Below, piece by piece: positions 37,073 to 47,100 of a stretch of DNA of 64,000 bases. Both the position numbers and the translations under genes were made by a program. The notes beneath the pieces are model-generated. The model was not told the origin of the DNA. It ran no database searches and was given only the letters and a program-made list of their open reading frames with translations. Position 1 is the first letter of the stretch. Every line of letters starts with the position of its first letter. Source of the stretch: Candidatus Micrarchaeota archaeon (GTDB lineage: Archaea; Micrarchaeota; Micrarchaeia; Anstonellales; Bilamarchaeaceae); contig JAFGPA010000024.1 of NCBI GenBank assembly GCA_016926175.1, forward strand, positions 279-64,278, in the 5' to 3' direction.

Positions 37073-38644
37073 TTACTGCATGCTCCCGAGAAGTATTTTT
37101 CTCATCTCAATAGGTTCAAGCCCTTTCAGAGCCTTGATTGCAAACTCAAGCTTTGCTTCGCTTTCTGCATAAATTGTGAACAGCTTATCCCCTGCCTTTA
37201 CACGGTTGCCGCGCAGAGCATGGAGATAAATCCCTGCTCCGCTGTCTCTCGGAGATCCTGCAATTCTTGCAATCTTTGACATTGTCTTATTGTCAATGTG
37301 ATAGATATGGCCTGCCAGCTCAGAAGTTACATCGTATGTGTATTCCCCGGGCTGGATATCGGTTGCCTTTATCTTAGGATTGCCTCCCTGAAGTTCAATA
37401 ATTTCCCTGAATTTTTTCAGCGCCTTTCCGTTTTCAATCAGCTTTTCCGCATTTTTGTATCCGGTGCCTTTAGGGCATTTTCCGCATAGCTCGAGAAGTT
37501 TTCCTGACATCAGAATGCTCTTGTGTCTGAGATCATCCGGTCCCCTGCCTTCCAGCACTTCAAGTACATCTATGCATTCCAGTACAGGCCCTATGCCGTT
37601 TCCGATAGGCTCTGCGCCGTCTGTTATCAATGCCTCGATATTCATTCCAAGTTTTTCTCCTATCCTTATGAAATGCCTTGCAAGCTCATTGCCTCTTTCC
37701 ACATAAGGAATCTTTACTCCGCGGCCTACTGGAATATCAATAAGTACATGCTCAGCACCCACGCTTTTTTTCTTTCCAAGTATGCTTGCCAGGAGCATTC
37801 CTTCAGGATCAAGGCTCAGGGGGTGCCTTATTTTTATGAGTTTATCGTCAACAGGTGCAAGCTCCATTCCTCCTCCCCAGACTATTGCCCCCTTTGCCTT
37901 CAGTACCATCTTTTTTACTTCATCAACGTCAAAAATAACATCTGCCAGCACTTCCATGGTGTCAGCAGTTCCTGCTGCAGATGTGATCGATCTGGATGAT
38001 GTTTTTGGTATATATGCTCCTGCTGCGGCAATTATGGGTACAATAACCATGGTGGTTCTGTTTCCTGCAACTCCTCCAATGCAATGCTTGTCAACAACCG
38101 GCTTTTTCCCAAGATCCAGATGCTCTCCGGAATCATATGTTGCCATTGTCAGTGAAACAACCTCATCATCCGTGAATCCGTTTATGTATGCGGCAGCAAC
38201 CCACGCGGCTGCAGAAACCTCTCCCAGCCTGTCATCCATTATATCATCCACAATGGTCCGTACCTCCTCTTCATTAAGAGATTCCTTGTCCAGCTTTTTC
38301 TTTATGTATCCGAGTGATTTTGGCCTGTCCATGTGCACAATCTCAATTTTCTGCCCGGCCTTTACTTTCATCTCCTTCATGACGTCATTGTAAAGTCCTA
38401 TGTGGCCTGCCTTTATCATTTCATTGCTGACATCCACAATGGCTATCAGGCTTTTGTTTCCTATACGCACTTCTGTTCTGTATCCCGAATAAATATCGTG
38501 CTCCTTTGCCTCGTCCTCATTCAGTACGATTATGTTCTTTCCTGCAAAAATATCTATTGGCTGCACTTTGCACACATATTTTTTAATCTTCCAGACATCC
38601 ACTTTCTTCATTTCCTTTTCTACAAAATTATTTCTTGTCATCAT
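37073..38644 (-). CDS. AMP phosphorylase (archaeal DeoA-like, thymidine-phosphorylase family with N-terminal extension)
   Basis: HCIGGVAGNRTTMVIVPIIAAAG, IPKTSSRSITSAAGTADTMEVLADV, GGGMELAPVDDKLI align closely with characterised archaeal AMPpase; 523 aa. Confidence 0.88.
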   Translation of the reverse strand: MMTRNNFVEKEMKKVDVWKIKKYVCKVQPIDIFAGKNIIVLNEDEAKEHDIYSGYRTEVRIGNKSLIAIVDVSNEMIKAGHIGLYNDVMKEMKVKAGQKIEIVHMDRPKSLGYIKKKLDKESLNEEEVRTIVDDIMDDRLGEVSAAAWVAAAYINGFTDDEVVSLTMATYDSGEHLDLGKKPVVDKHCIGGVAGNRTTMVIVPIIAAAGAYIPKTSSRSITSAAGTADTMEVLADVIFDVDEVKKMVLKAKGAIVWGGGMELAPVDDKLIKIRHPLSLDPEGMLLASILGKKKSVGAEHVLIDIPVGRGVKIPYVERGNELARHFIRIGEKLGMNIEALITDGAEPIGNGIGPVLECIDVLEVLEGRGPDDLRHKSILMSGKLLELCGKCPKGTGYKNAEKLIENGKALKKFREIIELQGGNPKIKATDIQPGEYTYDVTSELAGHIYHIDNKTMSKIARIAGSPRDSGAGIYLHALRGNRVKAGDKLFTIYAESEAKLEFAIKALKGLEPIEMRKILLGSMQ

Positions 38645-38645
38645 T

Positions 38646-39569
38646 TCACCTGTAAATCCTTATCCCCAGTTTTTCTGTTGCCACAGCAAAGAATGATTGC
38701 GAGGGTATTACGCCTGCCTCGGTTATGAACCCGTTTATGTATTTTGCTGCAGTTGCCTCAAACGCAGGATTCCTTATCTTCACTTTTTTCGGAGGGGTTT
38801 CCCATACTTCTTCAAGGTTTCGCTCTTCTATCTTTTCCCTTGTGCCGAACATTGTTTCCGGGCTGTATTTGCTCAGCTCTGCTGCACAATAGAATGAAAC
38901 GTCATTAAGCCTTGCAATATGCGCCAGTGCGGAAGTTCCGATCTTGTTTATCAGGTCGCCCCTTGAAGTTATTGAATCGGCCCCGACCAGAACAATGTCC
39001 GCTTTTTTCATGAAAAGGCTCATGGCACCGTCCACAGCCAGTGTCACATCAATTCCTGCACTTGCAAGCGTTTCCGCAGTTTTTCTTCCCTGGTATCTTG
39101 GCCTTGTTTCAAATGAAATCACAGTAAATTTTTTCTTCATTTTTTTTGCCTTTATAAGAATTCTCGTAACTGTGGACGAATGGCAGTGGGTGAGCACCAG
39201 TGCATTGTCAGGAATCAGCTTGGCTCCGTATACCGCAATCTTTTCCGCATCATTATCCATATTCCTGATCAGGACATTTACCTGAAGGATTATTTTTTTC
39301 CTGAGCCTTGTGAGCTCCAGGTTCTTGTCTTTATCAGCCATTGCGACTGACTTGTTCAGGAGATTTCTCATCATGGGTTCTGTCGGCCTGCTTTCAGAAA
39401 GCTCATCCGCAGTTTTCCTGAATTCATTTACAAATGTTTTTGCGTCTTTTGCCCTGCTTTCTTTTGTGAATATGACCAGTGCTTCCAGAGCTGCCCTGGC
39501 AACGTTCCTGGCACCCTGTATCTTCAGGGATTTTATGTCAGCTATTATTTTTTTTATCTTATTGCCCAT
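38646..39569 (-). CDS. Ribose-1,5-bisphosphate isomerase (e2b2/eIF-2B-like family)
   Basis: VLTHCHSSTV, ETRPRYQGRKTAETLASAGIDVT, GADSITSRGDLINKIGT, NPAFEAT match R15P isomerase architecture; immediately downstream of AMPpase. Confidence 0.82.
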   Translation of the reverse strand: MGNKIKKIIADIKSLKIQGARNVARAALEALVIFTKESRAKDAKTFVNEFRKTADELSESRPTEPMMRNLLNKSVAMADKDKNLELTRLRKKIILQVNVLIRNMDNDAEKIAVYGAKLIPDNALVLTHCHSSTVTRILIKAKKMKKKFTVISFETRPRYQGRKTAETLASAGIDVTLAVDGAMSLFMKKADIVLVGADSITSRGDLINKIGTSALAHIARLNDVSFYCAAELSKYSPETMFGTREKIEERNLEEVWETPPKKVKIRNPAFEATAAKYINGFITEAGVIPSQSFFAVATEKLGIRIYR

Positions 39570-39659
39570 ACCATACTAACCAAGATTAGAAATATATATG
39601 TTAACCCTTGAGCAATCCCTCTTCTGCCCTTAAGAAATAAAAAAGTAAAAAAGGAAAAT

Positions 39660-39968
39660 TTATCCGAACAAGTTGGCGAGTCCAGCTGCTGCTTCCTCTT
39701 CCTTTTTGCCCTCATCTTCTTCTTTTTCTTCCTTTGCAGGTGCTGCGGCTGCCGGAGCTGCTACAGGTGCTGCAGCGGCCACTGTCGCCTGCTTCAGGAG
39801 ATCTTCGAAGTTGACATCCTTCACTGCATCTGCAAGAACTGATGCTTTTGCCTCGTCAGCAGTTGCACCGCTTGCCTTGATGACAGCTACAATATTTTCC
39901 TTTGTTACATCTTTTCCTGCACCGTGCAAAAGAAGCACTGCATGCAAATATGGATCTACCTTCATCAT
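39660..39968 (-). CDS. rpl12: 50S ribosomal protein L12/P1 (acidic stalk protein)
   Basis: Ala/Pro-rich hinge, acidic EEKEEDEGKKEEE stretch and C-terminal GLANLFG. Confidence 0.85.
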   Translation of the reverse strand: MMKVDPYLHAVLLLHGAGKDVTKENIVAVIKASGATADEAKASVLADAVKDVNFEDLLKQATVAAAAPVAAPAAAAPAKEEKEEDEGKKEEEAAAGLANLFG

Positions 39969-39974
39969 AACACC

Positions 39975-40901
39975 TCATTTGTTTTCTGCAGTCGGGGTAT
40001 CCCCTCCTGCTTTTTCATCCGCCTTTGGCTTCTCCGGGAGAGATGCCTTTGGTTCCATGCCTTCAAGAGCCATGCTCTGCCTTAGGGCAGAGATGAGAAG
40101 CTGCTCCATATAGCCTGATGAATATACCTCTGCATTCAATGCAAAATTCATTGACTGCTGAACTGCCTCTCCAAGCAGCATGCTGATGTTCTGTGCTGTC
40201 GGATAGTTTGCATTCAATGACACATTGAGTGCCTGACTTAAGCTTTCCCTGAGATCTTCATTGACAGTGTCACCAAGATCCAGGACGTCTGCCGTGTAAA
40301 CATACTGCCCGTCAAATCCAAATATCATGTTTGCCATGATTTCGAATGGCTGTATGCCCAGCGACTGCAATGCCTTTACTTTTGGAGCGCTAAGCGCCTC
40401 GCCCGGCTTTGCAACAGTACTGTCCTTGTTCACGATGATTTTTCCTGCCTTGATCTGGACATTGATACCTCCTGCCTTAAGCTCTGAAAGGGCAGGTCCT
40501 GGAGGGAGGTCTGTTTCTCCTTCAGGAACAATTATTGCCTCTTTTGCAATATCCCCGATCTTTGCCGCCCTTTTCTTTCTGTTCTGCTTGAAGAATTTGT
40601 TGATCTGGTATGGAGTTTCGTTGGTAAGTATCAGTGCAACAGGCTTTTTGCATTCTGAAACATGATCCTTCAGTTTTTCATTGCTCTGGAGCACTCTTGA
40701 AATGACCGGCTTTTTCAGTACATACACCTTTCCTCCTCCATCCCTGATCTTTTTTCTCAGCTGCTGGAACAATGAATCCGGAAGTTTCCTGAGATCAAGA
40801 AGGGCAACTGTTTTGTATTTTTTCATATCATCTGATGCTTCCTTTACCTGCCTGATCTTTTCCTTTATAGTTTTCCTGTCAGTATCAATTATGTATGTCA
40901 T
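39975..40901 (-). CDS. rpl10: 50S ribosomal protein L10/P0
   Basis: 308-aa ORF between L1 and L12 in the conserved L1-L10-L12 order; N-terminal L10 domain pattern. Confidence 0.78.
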   Translation of the reverse strand: MTYIIDTDRKTIKEKIRQVKEASDDMKKYKTVALLDLRKLPDSLFQQLRKKIRDGGGKVYVLKKPVISRVLQSNEKLKDHVSECKKPVALILTNETPYQINKFFKQNRKKRAAKIGDIAKEAIIVPEGETDLPPGPALSELKAGGINVQIKAGKIIVNKDSTVAKPGEALSAPKVKALQSLGIQPFEIMANMIFGFDGQYVYTADVLDLGDTVNEDLRESLSQALNVSLNANYPTAQNISMLLGEAVQQSMNFALNAEVYSSGYMEQLLISALRQSMALEGMEPKASLPEKPKADEKAGGDTPTAENK

Positions 40902-40905
40902 AGGA

Positions 40906-41538
40906 TCACCTTACAACGATCGGCCTGCCCATGGTGAGCTTTACATAAACGTTCTTTATGCCGCTTTCCTTTACCCTGTTCTTCACTGCTTCATATACTG
41001 CTTCGGCATTTTCTGCCAGCTCATCGATACTCATTTCTTCTGTTCCGATAAGTGCCTGGGCAACCGGAAGATACTTTCCCTTTGAAACAATCCTCACGGA
41101 TTTCTTAGATCTTTCAATCATTGGCCCAATGTTTCCTATGGCCGGTTTTGGAAGCTTACCTCTTTTACCAAGGTATTGTCCAAGGCTCTTTGCAACTTCG
41201 CCCATAAGGCTGGGCTGCGCAAGCAGGAAATATCCGCGTGCAAGCTGTTTTACATTGTCCTTCCACTGGGGAATCTGCTCGGGCGTTATTATAAGGTCAG
41301 CTCCTGCCTTTTTTGCCTGGTCTGCCATTGCAGGCTCGGCAAACACTGCGCATTTGAGTTCTTTTCCGCCCTTTCCCCTGGGAAGTACAATATCAAGGTT
41401 AAGCCGGTTCTCTGATTTTGAGAAGTCGATGCCCTTCATGTTGATAACTACTTCTACGGACTGTTTGAATTTCTTTTTTCCTTTGTCTTCCATGGCTTTT
41501 GTTAAAGCCTCTGCCAGTTTATTTTTGTCCATAAACAA
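40906..41538 (-). CDS. rpl1: 50S ribosomal protein L1
   Basis: SVEVVINMKGIDFSKSENRLNLDIVLPRGKGGKELKCAVFAEPAMADQAKKAGADLII typical L1 sequence. Confidence 0.9.
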   Translation of the reverse strand: MFMDKNKLAEALTKAMEDKGKKKFKQSVEVVINMKGIDFSKSENRLNLDIVLPRGKGGKELKCAVFAEPAMADQAKKAGADLIITPEQIPQWKDNVKQLARGYFLLAQPSLMGEVAKSLGQYLGKRGKLPKPAIGNIGPMIERSKKSVRIVSKGKYLPVAQALIGTEEMSIDELAENAEAVYEAVKNRVKESGIKNVYVKLTMGRPIVVR

Positions 41539-41975
41539 GCCCTCCTACTCTCCAGAGTAGTAAACGGGTAGCAAAATTGATGATGACAAATGTTTATAAA
41601 ACGACCTCCGGAAGCAAATCACCTAATCTTCTAAAGAGCGAAAATGCAATGGTCTGTCTGGCATGCTGTCAATTCCTGTTACCGGAAAATCAGGCCATTG
41701 CAACTGTTATATCCATCGGGTGCTTTATTTTACCTGGAGCCCCTTCACTTGCACATGCCTTTTTTTGGAAAAATAAGGAAATCACTGGTTTGTCTTATCG
41801 GATCATGGGAGCCGGCTGCTGTTATAATAATTTATCCTGCCGGCTCAATAATAACCTTTGGGCTTGGATTGGTAGGTCTTTTTCCATTATTTTTTATGCC
41901 ACTGTTACTGAATATGCTTATCATCTATGACGTATGCCTGATTGCAAAAGGAAGAAAATCAAAATTGCCAGAATT

Positions 41976-42089
41976 CTAGAGATCCCCAACACGCCTTTTC
42001 ATCTTCTTTTTGAGTCTTTTGCGCTTTTTCTTTACCCATTTCCAGCGCATCTTGTTTTTCTTTTTCCATTTTCTTGGCTTTGAACCCAT
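41976..42089 (-). CDS. rpl41e: 50S ribosomal protein L41e (37 aa)
   Basis: Unlisted small ORF translated by hand: MGSKPRKWKKKNKMRWKWVKKKRKRLKKKMKRRVGDL; PRKWKKK..RWKW..KKR pattern matches archaeal L41e. Confidence 0.55.
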   Translation of the reverse strand: MGSKPRKWKKKNKMRWKWVKKKRKRLKKKMKRRVGDL

Positions 42090-42227
42090 TATTTCACCTA
42101 ACTAGATCAGAATGTGTTAGGAATATTTGGCCGTTTGGCTTAAATAGGTTTCGAATTCGCAGGCAATGCCGGATGCCCCCTAAAAATCTTGCTTCAGAAG
42201 CCGCTCCCGGTCCTGTGCAGATTCCTT

Positions 42228-42680
42228 TTATATGCCAAGCCGGAGAAATAATTTTTTAATATTCTTCCAGTGGCTGCCTGCCCAGTATATCTTTCTGCAG
42301 TTTTTGCATCTCCAGAATTTTTCTGATCTTACCTTTTCAGGCACTTCATTTCTTACTTCTTTTTCCTTTACATCCTCAAGTTCGCCATTGCACCCGGGGC
42401 ATCTTGTTTCTGCCGGAAAACTGGTCTTTGCGCCGGTTTCATAAAGTACCTGCTTTATCTGCTCTTCAACATCATTGCTTTTGACAAACACGCATGGAAC
42501 TGCATCCTTTATGCATCTTTTTGCCAGTTCCTCATCCCGGGTTACAAATATAAGGCCCTTTGCCCTGGCATATTCCAGCAGTTCAGAATCAGTCTTTCCC
42601 TTAAAATATTCACTGTAGATGCCAAAAATTCTGCACAATCTTGCAGGCTTCTTCAGCATTTCATCAAAAAGAAATCTCAT
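42228..42680 (-). CDS. Mut7-C (DUF82) RNase-like domain protein with C-terminal zinc ribbon
   Basis: N-terminal MRFLFDEMLKKPARLCRIFG...LIFVTRDEEL PIN-like fold of Mut7-C; C-terminal CPGCNG...CKNCRKIYWAGSHW zinc ribbon. Confidence 0.6.
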   Translation of the reverse strand: MRFLFDEMLKKPARLCRIFGIYSEYFKGKTDSELLEYARAKGLIFVTRDEELAKRCIKDAVPCVFVKSNDVEEQIKQVLYETGAKTSFPAETRCPGCNGELEDVKEKEVRNEVPEKVRSEKFWRCKNCRKIYWAGSHWKNIKKLFLRLGI

Positions 42681-42682
42681 AA

Positions 42683-42988
42683 TCAGCTAAGGGAGATTTT
42701 TACAAATACATTGGTCGGAACCTTGATCCTGAGAATCTGCTTGATGTATTTTTCATCGCCTTCAACATCAACAAGCCTCTTGAAGACTCTTTTTTCCCAA
42801 TGCTCATATGTGTCCGTACCGTCCCCGCAGGGCGTCCTTCTTGTTGAAATCTCAAGTTTTCTCCTTGGAAGCCTTACCGGACCTATGAATGTCATTGAAA
42901 GAGTGTCTGCAAGATTTTTGATCTGGCCGACAACGTTGTCCAGTGCCTCCGGCTTCTCTCCGCTTAATTTAATTCTTACTTTAGTCAT
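42683..42988 (-). CDS. rps10: 30S ribosomal protein S10
   Basis: KVRIKLSGEKPEALDNVVGQIKNLADTLSMTFIGPVRLPRRKLEISTRRTPCGDGTDTYEHWEKRVFKRLVDVEGDEKYIKQILRIKVP aligns with archaeal S10. Confidence 0.9.
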   Translation of the reverse strand: MTKVRIKLSGEKPEALDNVVGQIKNLADTLSMTFIGPVRLPRRKLEISTRRTPCGDGTDTYEHWEKRVFKRLVDVEGDEKYIKQILRIKVPTNVFVKISLS

Positions 42989-43116
42989 GAATATAACCTC
43001 AAAAGTCAGAGTAGATTAGTAATTACAAAACTATTTAAACATGTTGCAGCAGCGCTATGTTTATAAAATGGCACTGAGAGAATGATTTCTAGTTCTTAAA
43101 ATCGGAGGTAAACAAG

Positions 43117-44169
43117 GTGAGGGCAGTTCTTGTGCTGGAAGACGGAAAGGTTTTTCACGGCAGCGGATTTGGTGCAAAAGCCACAAAAATAGGCGAATTG
43201 GTATTTAATACGTCCATGACAGGCTATCAGGAAGCACTGACTGATCCAAGCTGTGCAGGCCAGATACTCCTCATGACATATCCTCTAATAGGCAATTACG
43301 GAATCAATGCAATTGACTATGAAAGCAACAGGATACATTCCAGCGGCTTTGTTGTGAGGCAGATGAGCCCTGACCATGAGCACAGGAACTCTGAAAAATC
43401 ACTGGACTTGTTTTTGAAAGATCACGGGATTCCGGGCATATATGGTCTTGATACAAGAAGCATTGTAAGAAATATCAGGGACCATGGCGTTATGCCCGCT
43501 GCAATATCAACAGGCGATGCAGACCCTAAAGATCTTCTCAGAAAAATCCACGAATTCGATTATTCCGGCCAGGATTATGTGAAAGCGGTTACCACCGTAA
43601 AACCGCAGAAATTCGGCAAAGGAAAGAAAATTGCACTTATAGACTACGGGGCAAAAATGGGGATAGTGAGAGATCTTGTAGCCCATGGCTGCGAGGTCCA
43701 CTTCATTCCTGCTACAACTGCTGCAAAGGAAATCAAGGCGCTGGAACCTGATGGCATCGTGCTCTCAAACGGGCCGGGAAATCCCGCCGTTCCAGAATAC
43801 GCCTACGATACAATACGCGAAATCTCGGGCTACCGGCCAATATTCGGAATATGCCTTGGCCACCAGCTGCTGGCCCATGTCCATGGGGGCACCACAAAAA
43901 AACTGAAGTTTGGCCACCGTGGCGGCAACCATGCTGTTATGGATCTGATAAAAAACAAGATTGCGATAACGACCCAGAATCACAGCTATGTTGTTGACAA
44001 TGTGCCAAAAGGCTTTGAGGTAACGCACATCCATGTCAATGACAAGACGATTGAGGGAATGCGAAACGATAACCTGCAGATATTTTCAGTGCAATACCAT
44101 CCTGAGGCTTCACCAGGATCCCATGACTCAAAATATCTGTTTGATGAATTTATGAAGATGATAAAATGA
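43117..44169 (+). CDS. carA: Carbamoyl-phosphate synthase small subunit (glutamine amidotransferase), GTG start
   Basis: CPSase small-subunit N-domain and class I GATase CLGHQLL catalytic Cys; SD-like GGAGGT 7 nt upstream. Confidence 0.93.
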   Translation: MRAVLVLEDGKVFHGSGFGAKATKIGELVFNTSMTGYQEALTDPSCAGQILLMTYPLIGNYGINAIDYESNRIHSSGFVVRQMSPDHEHRNSEKSLDLFLKDHGIPGIYGLDTRSIVRNIRDHGVMPAAISTGDADPKDLLRKIHEFDYSGQDYVKAVTTVKPQKFGKGKKIALIDYGAKMGIVRDLVAHGCEVHFIPATTAAKEIKALEPDGIVLSNGPGNPAVPEYAYDTIREISGYRPIFGICLGHQLLAHVHGGTTKKLKFGHRGGNHAVMDLIKNKIAITTQNHSYVVDNVPKGFEVTHIHVNDKTIEGMRNDNLQIFSVQYHPEASPGSHDSKYLFDEFMKMIK

Positions 44170-47100
44170 AAGTACTGGTGATAGGTTCAGGACCAATAGT
44201 AATTGGCCAGAGTGCAGAGTTTGACTATTCCGGCACCCAGGCATGCAAAGCCCTCCGCGAAGAAGGCATATCAGTTGTTCTTGTCAATTCCAATCCTGCA
44301 ACAATCCAGACAGACAAAGAAATCGCAGACATTGTTTACATAGAACCACTGACCAGGGAAACCCTTGAAAAAATAATAGAAAAGGAAAAACCAGAAGGAT
44401 TAATTGCAACCATGGGCGGCCAGACGGGCCTGAATCTTGCCATGGAACTCAAAAAAAGCGGCATCCTCGACAAATACAATGTCAAATTCCTCGGCACTGA
44501 TGCAGAATCAATCGACCTTGCCGAATCAAGAGAGCATTTCAACAATCTCATGCGTAAAATCGGCGTTCCGATACTTCCGGGCCATGTTGTTTCTGATTTT
44601 CCAGAAGCAAAAAAATTCGCCGACAAGACCGGCTACCCGATAATCATCCGGCCATCATTTACCCTGGGCGGAACCGGGGGAGGTACAGCATATGATGAAG
44701 GGGAACTGAAAAAAATTCTCGGGCTTGCCCTCCGGCTTAGCGCAACAGGCGAAGCGCTGGTGGAAAAAAGCGCTTTGGGCTGGGGTGAATTTGAATATGA
44801 GGTTATAAGGGACCAGTTCGGCAATGCTTCAATAATATGCAACATGGAAAACATTGATCCTATGGGGGTTCACACTGGCGAATCCATTGTTGCAGCCCCA
44901 TCCCAGACACTTAGCGACAGGGATCACCAGAAACTCCGCAATGCCACCCTGAAGATAGTTCATGCCATTGGCATAAAAGGCGGCTGCAATGTCCAGTTTT
45001 CCATGAACCAGGAAACCGGAGAATTCGTAGTAATAGAAGTGAATCCCAGACTGTCACGCTCCTCAGCCCTTGCATCCAAGGCAACAGGATACCCTATCGC
45101 AAGGGTCGCAACAAAAATAGCGCTTGGACATCCATTGCCTGAAATAAGAAATGCAATAACTGAAACTTCTGCAGCGTTTGAGCCTGCGCTGGATTACTGC
45201 GTTGTCAAGATTCCGCGCTGGCCATTTGACAAATTCCCCATGACATCGCGCGTAATAGGAACGCAGATGAAAAGCACTGGCGAAGTGATGGCTATAGGAA
45301 GGACCTTTCCGGAAGCACTAAACAAGGCCATAAGAAGCCTTGAGATAAAAATCCCGAAAATGAAGCCTGAAGAGCATCTTTACCCTCCGACTGACCTGCG
45401 GCTGTTTGCTATTCTTGAATCATTCCGCCAGGGTAAAACCACAGATGAACTGCACAGGATAACAAAGATCAACAAATGGTTCCTGAACCGGTTCAGGGAA
45501 ATCACTGATCTTGAAAAAAAGATCTCAAAAGGGCTTTCAATGGAAATGCTTCTTGAAGCAAAAAAAGCCGGATTCCCGGACATGAAGATTGCAGCCCTTA
45601 CAGGAAAAACAGAAGCAGAAATCCGGAGGATGCGAAAATCAGGCGGGATAATTCCAACCTATAAGATCGTAGATTCATGCGCAGGGGAATTCCAAGCAGT
45701 CACTCCCTATTATTATTCCGTATACGAAGATGAAAATGAGGCAAAACCAATGCCTGGCAGGAAAGTGGTGGTGGTTGGTTCAGGCCCCATAAGGATTGGA
45801 CAGGGCATTGAGTTTGACTATTGCTGCTCCCATGCTGCAATTGCCCTGACTGAAATGGGCTACAGGAGCATCATGATCAACAACAATCCGGAAACCGTGA
45901 GCACTGATTTCGATACCAGCGACAGGCTTTATTTCGAGCCCCTCACTTTTGAGGATATCATGAACGTAATTGAAAATGAAAATCCCGAAGGCGTTATAGT
46001 GCAGCTTGGAGGCCAGACGAGCATTAACGTTGCCCAGAAACTTTCAGAGGCAGGGGTAAAAATACTTGGCACTGACATTGATGGCATTGACATTGCAGAA
46101 GACCGCGAAAGATTCAGGCATCTCTGCGAGAAAATAGGAATAGCCCAGCCTGAAAATGCAACTGCGCTTGGTGAAGCAGAAGCGCTGACAATTGCGGCAA
46201 GGATAGGATACCCGGTTGTTGTAAGGCCGAGCTATGTTATAGCAGGAAGGGCAATGGAAATAGTCTACAACGAGTCTGATCTGAGAAGATACATGGCCGA
46301 GGCAGTTGATGTAAGCGAAAACAAGCCCGTGCTTATCGACAAGTATCTTGACAATGCAATAGAGTGCGAAGTTGATGCGATAAGCGACGGCAGTAAGGTA
46401 TTCATAGGCGGGATAATGGAGCATATAGAGCCTGCAGGAGTCCATTCGGGAGATGCGAACATCGTACTTCCGTCCATAAGGCTGACTGGAAAGGACAGGA
46501 AGACGATAACCGAATACACTGAAAAACTTGCCAAATCCCTCGGGATAATAGGATTTGTCAATATCCAGTATGTTGTCAGGGACGGCATAGTCTACATCCT
46601 GGAAGCCAATCCACGTGCAAGCAGGACTGTGCCATTTGTTTCAAAAGCCATTGATATTCCTCTTGCAAAATATGCAATACACTGCATGCTTGGCAGGAAG
46701 CTTCCCAAACTTGAATGCAAGATGAACCACTTTGCTGTGAAGAGCATTGTGTTCCCGTTTCTGAAGCTCCTTGGCACAGACATCAAGCTTGGTCCTGAAA
46801 TGAGAAGCACAGGAGAAACAATGGGCCTGGGCAAATCCTTCGAGATGGCATACTACAAGGCGCTCCTGGCTGCCGGGGTAAGGATAGAGGATGAAAACCG
46901 CGCAGCCTTTATCAGCGTAAAGGATGAAGACAAGAAAGAAGTTCCAAAGCTTTCAAAAGCACTGAAAGAGCTTGGCTTTACAATTTACGGAACTCTTGGA
47001 ACAGTGGGTTCAGTGGAGCATGCAATAACAATACCAAAGATCGGCCATGGCCATCCTGATGCCGTTGAACTTATAGAGTCCGGCCACATCAGCTTTGTGA

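Noticed and set aside
37073-39659. Type III RuBisCO expected next to AMPpase/R15P isomerase
   Set aside because: No RuBisCO-like ORF is present in the flanks. The neighbours are aspartokinase and ribosomal protein genes.
41539-41975. Expected rpl11 upstream of rpl1, and ORFs 41577..41930 and 41644..41979
   Set aside because: No L11-like sequence is present. The two overlapping + strand ORFs are hydrophobic and low-complexity in different frames, and neither could be supported as a real gene.
42140-42165. tRNA-like T-loop resemblance (ggtttcgaattcgc)
   Set aside because: It does not fold into a cloverleaf and has no acceptor-stem pairing.
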